This document shows, in pieces, positions 1-7,346 of a DNA stretch of 12,851 bases. The notes beneath the pieces are model-generated. The model had not been told where the DNA came from. It searched no databases and saw only the letters and a list, made by a program, of their open reading frames with translations. The translations under genes were made by a program, and so were the position numbers. The stretch is from Fusobacteriota bacterium (GTDB lineage Bacteria > Fusobacteriota > Fusobacteriia > Fusobacteriales > JBNJFI01): the NCBI GenBank assembly GCA_051746725.1, contig JBNJFI010000061.1, forward strand, positions 1-12,851, written 5' to 3'. Positions within the stretch are counted from its first letter, which is position 1. The number at the start of each line of letters is the position of its first letter.

Positions 1-2285
1 CTATCCATCCTAAAAGCAGAATGCTCTTTTCTAAGTTTTATAAGCCCTTTATAATATTCAAAGGTATCCATATATTTAGCTTTTCGACTCCACCTTATCA
101 TATTATCTTCGTCACCAGATTTATAGCTATTGTGATTTTCATTTTTACTTCTAAGCAATTCTTCTCCAGCTAATATAAATGGAACACCTTGCGAAGTCAA
201 TACAATTACTTGAGATAACCTATCCATTTTTATTCTTTCTGATTCTTCTTCTTTTCTAAAAGATACCTTTAACTTATCCCATAAAGTCAAATTATCGTGA
301 GCACTTGCATAGTTTATACTTTCACCTGGATTAGCAGTAAAATCTTTTATTTTTTCATTATAATTTATAGATCCAACTACTCCTCTTTTTATAAATAGCT
401 CTTTATTTCTTTTTCCCATTGCAAATCCAGGGTAAACACCATCATTTCCACCTTTTATTGCTTCACGTATGTTATCGTTAAATACAGCAATATTCATATT
501 CTTTTGAGTTCCTTTTTCAAACTGCTTATCTACATCTAGACCTGCATTCCCTGCACTCCAAGGCTCTCCATATAATATAATACTCTCATCTATCTTATGC
601 AGTTCATTTTCAATATAATCCATTGTTTTAACATCCATTATACCCATTAAATCAAATCTAAATCCATCTATATGATATTCGTTGGCCCAATATTTTACAG
701 AATCTATGATGAATTTTCGAACCATAGGTTTTTCTGTAGCCACTTCATTTCCACAACCAGACCCATTATAATATTCTCCATCTTCATTTATTCTATAATA
801 ATATTTTGGAACTAATTCATCAAATATTGAATTTCCAGTTGCAAATGTATGATTGTATACCACATCCATTACAACTCTAAATCCATTTTCATGTAATGCT
901 TTGACCATCTTTTTAAATTCTATAACTCTACTTAAATCATCTGGGTTAGTAGCATAACTTCCCTCTGGAACATTATATTGATATGGATCATAACCCCAAT
1001 TATAATAATTATCTCCTTTTCCTGTTTCATCAACAGTTTCAAAATCATAAACAGGATTTAAATGAATTGTAGTTATTCCTAATTCTTTTAAATGATTTAT
1101 TCCTGTACTTATCTTTTCATCTGTAGATAAAGTTGTATTTTCCTCTGTAAATGCCAAATATTTCCCTTTATATTTCATTCCTGAATTTTCAGATATAGAA
1201 AAATCTCTTACATGTACCTCCCATATAACATGATCAACATATCTATTTGTATCTGTAATTTCATTTATAGTAGGTTTTGTGTCATCAGACCATCCTTCTG
1301 GATCTGTCTTTTCTAAATCAAAAATAATTCCACGTTTTCCATTTGTATTTAAAGCTCTAGCATACGGATCAACAGTTTCATTTATATTCCCATATATATT
1401 AACCCTATATTTATATTGTTTGTTTTCCAAATCTTTTTTGATATCTTTTTCCCAGACTCCCTTTTTTGCTCTGTCCATGGGATATATCTCAGGATTTTTA
1501 TCTTCTGAATTATCATAAACTAAGACATCTACCTTTTTTGCAACTGGAGTCCAGACTTTAAAAGTGGTTTTTTCAGGAGTATAATTATTCCCTAAATCAT
1601 CCCCATCATATGTAAATATATCTTCTTCCAGGGCATCTCCCATTTTAGTTATTGCTTTTTTGAAAAAATCACTACTTACTTCATATTGTTTTGACATGTC
1701 CAGTATATTTTCCATCTTTATAATATATTTTTTGCCATCTATATGTTTTATAGAGTTTATCTCATAATCATTTCCATCTAAATCTAAAACTTTAAAGTTA
1801 TCTTCTTTTTTTACTTTATTGGATAATTCTACTTCTATCTCTTTAGATCCTTCTATTTTTGCCTCATAAATCTTAGGAGAATTATCAGCATTTTCCCTTT
1901 CATAATAAATATTCTCATCTTTTTGAACTAACCAAACTTCTGCTTTTCCATTTTTTATATTTTTTACATAACGATTAGTTTTTATTACCTTTTTTGAATC
2001 TTTTAATATAGTTAATCCAACTTCATCATATGATTTGTCTAACTTAACTGTTGCAACTTTTCCAAACTCATCTTCTTTTTTGAAGTCAAACTTTTTCAAT
2101 CCACTTCCAGTTGCCCATGCTACTAATTCAACTCCATCATAGTCCTCTTCAAATCTACTATAATGAACAGTTACTTCTGTTTTTCCCTTCGATGATTTAG
2201 ATTCTGTTTTTGTCTTTTGCAAAAAAGAACACCCTCCTAAAATAAATATTGCCAATAATCCCATTAAAATTTTTAATTTTTTCAT
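1..2285 (-). CDS. pulA: Type I pullulanase lipoprotein, GH13_14-like (degenerate CBM41 - linker domain - CBM48 - GH13 catalytic); 3' end runs off the window (761 aa visible)
   Basis: Manually translated; absent from the ORF track because no stop lies in the window. ATG at 2285 with AGGAGG at 2290-2295. N-terminus MKKLKILMGLLAIFILGG-C19 (lipobox). CBM48 FTYDGDDLG..TTFKVWTPVAKKV..GVW..YKYRV..DPYA. Pullulanase signature YNWGYDPYQYNVPEGSY; MDVVYNHT; NGSGCGNE; catalytic GFRFDLMG, YGEPW, YASAHDN; TSQGVPF; NSYKS. Confidence 0.96.
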   Translation of the reverse strand, partial: MKKLKILMGLLAIFILGGCSFLQKTKTESKSSKGKTEVTVHYSRFEEDYDGVELVAWATGSGLKKFDFKKEDEFGKVATVKLDKSYDEVGLTILKDSKKVIKTNRYVKNIKNGKAEVWLVQKDENIYYERENADNSPKIYEAKIEGSKEIEVELSNKVKKEDNFKVLDLDGNDYEINSIKHIDGKKYIIKMENILDMSKQYEVSSDFFKKAITKMGDALEEDIFTYDGDDLGNNYTPEKTTFKVWTPVAKKVDVLVYDNSEDKNPEIYPMDRAKKGVWEKDIKKDLENKQYKYRVNIYGNINETVDPYARALNTNGKRGIIFDLEKTDPEGWSDDTKPTINEITDTNRYVDHVIWEVHVRDFSISENSGMKYKGKYLAFTEENTTLSTDEKISTGINHLKELGITTIHLNPVYDFETVDETGKGDNYYNWGYDPYQYNVPEGSYATNPDDLSRVIEFKKMVKALHENGFRVVMDVVYNHTFATGNSIFDELVPKYYYRINEDGEYYNGSGCGNEVATEKPMVRKFIIDSVKYWANEYHIDGFRFDLMGIMDVKTMDYIENELHKIDESIILYGEPWSAGNAGLDVDKQFEKGTQKNMNIAVFNDNIREAIKGGNDGVYPGFAMGKRNKELFIKRGVVGSINYNEKIKDFTANPGESINYASAHDNLTLWDKLKVSFRKEEESERIKMDRLSQVIVLTSQGVPFILAGEELLRSKNENHNSYKSGDEDNMIRWSRKAKYMDTFEYYKGLIKLRKEHSAFRMD

Positions 2286-2289
2286 AATT

Positions 2290-2295
2290 CCTCCT
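2290..2295 (-). promoter_or_regulatory. Shine-Dalgarno site of the left pullulanase
   Basis: Minus strand reads AATAGGAGGAATT-ATG. Confidence 0.85.
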
Positions 2296-2314
2296 ATTAT
2301 TTATATCCTCATTC

Positions 2315-2344
2315 TTTATAATCCAAATCTTTATAATCTCTCAA
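2315..2344 (-). promoter_or_regulatory. Candidate sigma70/sigmaA promoter for the left pullulanase
   Basis: Minus strand TTGAGA (2344-2339) - 18 nt - TATAAA (2320-2315), directly downstream of the terminator. The AT-rich context makes chance matches possible. Confidence 0.35.
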
Positions 2345-2398
2345 ATAAAATGAAGGCAGCGACATAATTATAATCGTCGCTACCCCTTTATTTTATTT
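2343..2398 (-). terminator. Intrinsic terminator-like hairpin after the 2393..4501 gene
   Basis: Minus strand GGGGTAGCGAC-gattataattat-GTCGCTGCCTT followed by CATTTTATTT. The stem is complete only on the minus strand (G-U pairs). Outer arms AAATAAAAT/ATTTTATTT (2343-2351/2390-2398) extend the inverted repeat. The U-tract is interrupted. Confidence 0.7.
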
Positions 2399-4501
2399 AG
2401 ATTCCGTTAATCTAATTATCACAGATTCATAACCATTTAAATTTAAATCATCTTCCATTGATTTTCCATTTAACAATTCTTCTACCTCAAACCCTATCCC
2501 TTTAGCTCCTTCTAAATCTAAACTTTTTTGTTCATCACTTATATTATGAATTACTATATAACCTTCATCTTCATACCCAAGAGCATATCCATATAATCCA
2601 TCTTCCATTTCAAGCTCTTTATATCCGCCTCTACTAAAAGCATTTGTACTTTGTCTTATCTCTATTAATTTTTTATAATGCGTATATACACTTTCAGGAT
2701 CTTTCATTTGTTCCTCTAATGAAATTCCATCATTGGGCTCAGTATATTTCATTCCATTATAGAATCCTCCTACGTTCATAGAAGTCATCCCTTCGCCTTG
2801 GGCATCTGCATACCAGTCAAAAGGCTCTCTTATATTATCATCTGGTTTCATTCCTTCTTGTCCCAATTCCTCTCCATAATATATAAATGGAGTTCCAGGA
2901 AGCGTCATTAAAATAGTTCCAGCAAGTTTTATTTTATCCTTATTTCCATCTAAATCACTTGCCACCCTATCCATATCATGATTTTTAATAAATGTTGCAT
3001 CTATAAAGTTTTCATTATATTCTTCATATATATCATACATTTTATTTAATTCTTGAACTGCATTTATTTTATTTCCGTCTGCCAAAGATACTATTGTACC
3101 ATTTATTCCAAAATTAAATGATGAGTCCATCGTTTCAAAGAAAGGAGCTATCACACTATAGTCGCTATCCCAATTTTCTCCTACTAAGTAAGCTTCTGGA
3201 TTAACTTGTTTAACAAAGCTATTAAATTCTTTCCACCAATTTAAAGTCACTTCTTTATTTTCATCATCTATATGTTTTGAAGCATCTAACCTAAATCCAT
3301 CTACTCCTTTTTCTAACCAAAATTTAGCTATATCTTTCATCTCTTTTCTTACATCAGGATTTCTTAAGTTTAAATCAGGCATTCCAGACCAAAATATCCC
3401 CATATAATGTTCCTTTGCTTTTCCAGAATAAGACCATATTTGCTGATCCCATTCCCCTGTTTCATCTATATTATCAAATTCATCTGCCCATACATAATAA
3501 TCATAATATTTAGACTCTTTGTCTTCCAAAGCCTTTTTCATCCAGGGATGGTCTAAGCTTGAATGATTTATAACCAAGTCTAAAATAACCTTTATCCCTC
3601 TCTTGTGAGCTTCATCTAAAAATTTATCAAAATCTTCCATAGTTCCATAATCTTCTTCTATAGAATAGTAATCTACTATATCATATCCATGATAACTAGG
3701 CGACTCGAACGTTGGCATAAGCCATAAAGCATCTACACCCAAATCTTCGACATAATCCAGTCTTTTCGTAAGCCCTTTAAAGTCACCGATTTTATCTCCG
3801 TTACCATCATAAAAGCTTCTCACAAAAATTTCATAAAAAACTGCATCCTTCGCCCACTCTACATTTTCAACATCTTTTCGGTCTATCTTCTCAAAAGATA
3901 AAACTTCTGATTCCACTTTTTTATCTTTATGTTCCACTTCTATTTTATAAAAATATTTTTTTCCTGGTTCAAACCCTGAAACTTTTAAACCTTTTTTGTA
4001 ATCATAATTGTTATCTTCCTCTGCTAATTTTAAATTATCTCGACTTTCGCCAACATAAAATTTAACTGCTGCACCTGGATTAGATCTAAATAAAAATCGA
4101 ACAGTTTCTGAATCTAAATCTATAAATTCCTTAGGATTTCTTAAAACTGTTTCTAGCTTTGCAGTCCCTTTTATTCTAACTCCCTTGCTTTCTCTCCCAT
4201 GACTATTTACAACTTTTACAATAAATAAGTTTTCGATAAATGGAGGAGTTTCAAAAGTAATTTCTTTTTTGTCTGCCTCAATTCTTTTTCTATCGATTCC
4301 ACTTTGTCCTCTTTTCATAATATAAATTTCTTCTACATCTTTATCTTTCGGTAATTCCCAACTTAAAGTTAATTTGCTTTCTCCCTCTTTAATTTCTAAG
4401 TTATTGACTTCGTAATCAGGAATAACTACTTCATCTTTCTTTTGCACACCTGTACATCCCATAGCAAATAAAATCGTAATTACTAACATAATTTTTTTCA
4501 T
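2393..4501 (-). CDS. Alpha-amylase lipoprotein, GH13_36-type, with two N-terminal FN3-like domains (702 aa)
   Basis: Lipobox FAMG-C; AGGAG at 4510-4514. FN3-like LTLSWELP..FIVKVVNSHGRES and LKVSGFEPGKKYFYKIEV. GH13 motifs FYEIFVRSFYDGNGDKIGDF, YHGYD, DLVINH, MPDLN (typical of GH13_36), GFRLDASKH, VGENW, FIKNHD, LPGTPFIYYGEE. Confidence 0.95.
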   Translation of the reverse strand: MKKIMLVITILFAMGCTGVQKKDEVVIPDYEVNNLEIKEGESKLTLSWELPKDKDVEEIYIMKRGQSGIDRKRIEADKKEITFETPPFIENLFIVKVVNSHGRESKGVRIKGTAKLETVLRNPKEFIDLDSETVRFLFRSNPGAAVKFYVGESRDNLKLAEEDNNYDYKKGLKVSGFEPGKKYFYKIEVEHKDKKVESEVLSFEKIDRKDVENVEWAKDAVFYEIFVRSFYDGNGDKIGDFKGLTKRLDYVEDLGVDALWLMPTFESPSYHGYDIVDYYSIEEDYGTMEDFDKFLDEAHKRGIKVILDLVINHSSLDHPWMKKALEDKESKYYDYYVWADEFDNIDETGEWDQQIWSYSGKAKEHYMGIFWSGMPDLNLRNPDVRKEMKDIAKFWLEKGVDGFRLDASKHIDDENKEVTLNWWKEFNSFVKQVNPEAYLVGENWDSDYSVIAPFFETMDSSFNFGINGTIVSLADGNKINAVQELNKMYDIYEEYNENFIDATFIKNHDMDRVASDLDGNKDKIKLAGTILMTLPGTPFIYYGEELGQEGMKPDDNIREPFDWYADAQGEGMTSMNVGGFYNGMKYTEPNDGISLEEQMKDPESVYTHYKKLIEIRQSTNAFSRGGYKELEMEDGLYGYALGYEDEGYIVIHNISDEQKSLDLEGAKGIGFEVEELLNGKSMEDDLNLNGYESVIIRLTESK
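2865..2896. repeat. 32-bp exact repeat shared by the two GH13_36 paralogs (copy 1)
   Basis: aattcctctccataatatataaatggagttcc is identical to 8152-8183 and encodes GTPFIYYGEEL. Confidence 0.85.
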
Positions 4502-4531
4502 ATAAACATCTCCTTTTGTTTGATTTATTCT

Positions 4532-4560
4532 ATTTTAGCATTTTATGAGTAATATTGCAA
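4532..4560 (-). promoter_or_regulatory. Sigma70/sigmaA promoter with extended -10 for the 2393..4501 gene
   Basis: Minus strand TTGCAA (4560-4555) - 17 nt ending in TGc - TAAAAT (4537-4532), lying between the upstream terminator and the SD at 4510-4514. Confidence 0.7.
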
Positions 4561-4570
4561 CATAATTATC

Positions 4571-4601
4571 AAAAAAGGCTCAAGAATAAATCTTGAGCCC
4601 C
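4571..4601 (-). terminator. Rho-independent terminator after the 4609..7275 gene
   Basis: Minus strand GGCTCAAGA-TTTAT-TCTTGAGCC-TTTTTT: perfect 9-bp stem, 5-nt loop and U6 tail, about 10 nt after the stop. Confidence 0.9.
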
Positions 4602-4608
4602 GGATATT

Positions 4609-7275
4609 TTATTTTATTTCTAAAATTTCTGTGTCATCTATTATTTTAGGATCTCCTTCATTCCCTCCACCAAATATATAAGCTTTTGGTTCAGATTGTA
4701 ATTCTCTATATCTACTTTCGAGACCATCGTAGTCCCATGTAGTAATATATATTTTTATCCCTTCTAAAGTTTCTGGATTATCTAAAGCACTTCCCGATAT
4801 TGTAAAGCTTATTGTTCTATTATCTGGATCCACATCTATCTTAGCCGATTGACCTGTTGCTCTACCCCAATTTTCAGGTCCAGAGCCTCTACTTCCATAT
4901 ATAAAGTTTGTCCATCCTCCAAATAGAGTCATATAGTCCCAGTCCATACCTTTAGGAACCTCTGCATTTTGATAAGGCAATACTTTTGCTCCTTCTTTAT
5001 TTGGTAGATCTATATAAAAGTTAATAGACACATGATCAAACTTATATTTAGGATTCCATATTGTAGAAATCTCACCTGCCATTTTTAAATCTACTTTTAT
5101 ATTTTTACCTGACTTATAAACTGTAGCTTTTTCTATATCCATCTGATTGTCGAAAGTTTCCGCAGTAGGATAAACATAATCTCCAGTTGGACCATTATCA
5201 TCACCTATCTCATCCTCATATTCTGCCCCTTTTATAAATGGCATATTTACAGTAAATTTATAACTGTCAGATAAAACATACTCTCGAGATCCCAAATCAG
5301 CATAGGCAACTACTTTATGTTTACCATTAGAAAGAGTTTCAACAGGTAATTTACCTGTCCACTTTCCAATTTCAGATACCTCCATTTTAATTTTGTTTCT
5401 AATATCTCCATCTATAACTAGAGACACTTTTTTGGATCCCTCTACTTCTCCTTCTAACTCTAAGTTCTCTCTTAACTCTTGGCCATCTTTTAAGCCTTTA
5501 ATATTAACTTTACCATCCACTTCTTTTGTTTGTTCCTTCTTATCAGTTGCAATATAAACTAAACCAGCTCTAGGTTGTAAAATCTTACTCAATTTCCCAT
5601 CTTTCCCTACAGTAAGGTCCTTATCTATTCTCAATAAGCCTTTTAAAAGTTTTAAATGGGTCCCTTCTTCTAAACCTGTATCTAATTTATCTAATAACAT
5701 TGGATTATTAGATGTATTAAATATAATAAATGCTTTCTCTCCTTCATATTCCATTTTATATGCAAATACTCCTGCCCCAACAGCATTGTCATCTAATACC
5801 TTTATTTCACCTCTTCTAAATACTGGATATTCTTTTCTAATCTCTATTATATCCTTAAGAAATTTAAACATATCATTGGAAGTATCAAAGTGATCCTCTC
5901 CTTCAGATGCAAATCCTTCCTCAAACATAGAAGCTCTTGTAGTAGTAAACTGTTGCTCTGTTCCATAGTATATAACAGGTACACCTGGTATCGTCATCAT
6001 ATACATCATACTTTGCTTTACAGCGGAGTATGGAGCAGATGTAAGCAATCTATTCATATCATGGTTATCTACAAAGTTTAATAATTTATAATTATCTTTA
6101 TAATATTTCTTAGAATTTTTTATTCTGTATGTTAAATATGAAGTTGGTTTAGATTCTCCGAACACTCTTTGCATTGTAACATGCATAGGAAAATTAAGTA
6201 CAGAAGTCATCTCTGGTTTTTCCTCTGTTCCTTCATAACTTGAAGCCCTTCTATCTCCCTTTTCATCATTAGGGTCTACATTAACCCAAGTTTCACCAAA
6301 GGTATAAAAATCATCTTTTTTGAATTTCTTAGCAAAATTTTCAACACCTAAATGATCTTCATCTTCTGAATGAACAAAATCATTCCAAAAATCATGTTCC
6401 ACATAGACAACTGTATCTATTCTAAAACCATCTACACCTACGTTTTCTATCCAGTAATTATATGAATCCTTTAGTTCATTTCTAACAACTGGATTTTTAG
6501 TGTTAAGATCATCTAACCCACTCATCTGATAAGTTTTTAACTGTGATTTATCCTTAAAATCTGTTATCTTAGGAGTAAAGTTATATATCTTTGCCTCTCT
6601 ATCCTCTTTTTTGCGAGGATCATTCATATCAAAAGGTTTCTGTGTCGGCTTTGTAACTGGAAGCGCCCCTTTATTCATCTGAACATTTTTCGTTACATCT
6701 TCAGGGTCATATTTTCCATTATATCTCATAAAATTCCCAGTATGATTTGGTACTATATCTTGTATTAAATACATGTCATTTTTATGTAACGTAGCAGATA
6801 ACTCTTTATAATCCTCTAGAGTTCCATAGTGCTTATCTACTTTTTTGAAATTTTCACCCCAATATCCGTGATACCCTGAATAATGAACCCATGGATCCCA
6901 CCATTGATTTGCCACAGGAGGAGTTATCCATATAGCCGTCGCTCCTAATTCTTTTATATACCCTATTTTTTCAGTTATACCTGGTATATCTCCACCGCTA
7001 TAATGAGAATTTTTAGTTGGATCATACTCATTTGCACCTTGATCATTATTAGATGGATCACCATCATTAAATCTATCTGTCATAATAAAGTAAATTATTT
7101 GATCTCTCCAGTCAGGAGATTCTACATGTAAATACTCGTCTACTTCGTTTTTCCCAACACTTAAAACTTTATCTTCTTTTTTTGATTCTGTAACTCTAGT
7201 TTCTTTTTGTTGAGTGCATCCTATCAAAAAAGGTATTGATATCAATGCTAAAAGTACAAACTTTCTTTTTTTCAT
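4609..7275 (-). CDS. GH13 alpha-amylase-family lipoprotein (CGTase/maltogenic-amylase-like catalytic domain) with Ig-like and glucodextranase-C/DOMON-like C-terminal domains (888 aa)
   Basis: Start moved to ATG 7275: AGGAGG at 7281-7286, N-terminus MKKRKFVLLALISIPFLIG-C (lipobox), and no overlap with the upstream gene. Motifs DWRDQIIYFIMTDRFNDGDPSNND, YSGGDIPG, IWITPPVAN, GYHGYW, DIVPNH, GLDDLN, GFRIDT, FGETW, FVDNHD, IPGVPVIYYGTEQ. C-terminal EDEIGDDNGPTGDYVYPT..MDI..WNP..FYID. Confidence 0.93.
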   Translation of the reverse strand: MKKRKFVLLALISIPFLIGCTQQKETRVTESKKEDKVLSVGKNEVDEYLHVESPDWRDQIIYFIMTDRFNDGDPSNNDQGANEYDPTKNSHYSGGDIPGITEKIGYIKELGATAIWITPPVANQWWDPWVHYSGYHGYWGENFKKVDKHYGTLEDYKELSATLHKNDMYLIQDIVPNHTGNFMRYNGKYDPEDVTKNVQMNKGALPVTKPTQKPFDMNDPRKKEDREAKIYNFTPKITDFKDKSQLKTYQMSGLDDLNTKNPVVRNELKDSYNYWIENVGVDGFRIDTVVYVEHDFWNDFVHSEDEDHLGVENFAKKFKKDDFYTFGETWVNVDPNDEKGDRRASSYEGTEEKPEMTSVLNFPMHVTMQRVFGESKPTSYLTYRIKNSKKYYKDNYKLLNFVDNHDMNRLLTSAPYSAVKQSMMYMMTIPGVPVIYYGTEQQFTTTRASMFEEGFASEGEDHFDTSNDMFKFLKDIIEIRKEYPVFRRGEIKVLDDNAVGAGVFAYKMEYEGEKAFIIFNTSNNPMLLDKLDTGLEEGTHLKLLKGLLRIDKDLTVGKDGKLSKILQPRAGLVYIATDKKEQTKEVDGKVNIKGLKDGQELRENLELEGEVEGSKKVSLVIDGDIRNKIKMEVSEIGKWTGKLPVETLSNGKHKVVAYADLGSREYVLSDSYKFTVNMPFIKGAEYEDEIGDDNGPTGDYVYPTAETFDNQMDIEKATVYKSGKNIKVDLKMAGEISTIWNPKYKFDHVSINFYIDLPNKEGAKVLPYQNAEVPKGMDWDYMTLFGGWTNFIYGSRGSGPENWGRATGQSAKIDVDPDNRTISFTISGSALDNPETLEGIKIYITTWDYDGLESRYRELQSEPKAYIFGGGNEGDPKIIDDTEILEIK

Positions 7276-7280
7276 TTGCC

Positions 7281-7286
7281 CCTCCT
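7281..7286 (-). promoter_or_regulatory. Shine-Dalgarno site defining the start at 7275
   Basis: Minus strand GAAGGAGGGGCAA-ATG. Confidence 0.85.
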
Positions 7287-7346
7287 TCTTTTTTATGTTT
7301 AAACTTTTCTCTTTCAAAATTATAAACCTAATTCTAGTTTGTATAT

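Noticed and set aside
1279..1518. 79-aa plus-strand ORF
   Set aside because: Antisense shadow of the left pullulanase; F/S/I-rich composition typical of reverse-frame AT-rich DNA.
5890..6081. 63-aa plus-strand ORF
   Set aside because: Antisense to conserved GH13 motifs; no recognisable protein features.
7321..7345. Imperfect hairpin between genes 2 and 3
   Set aside because: AT-rich stem with mismatches; too weak to call a terminator.
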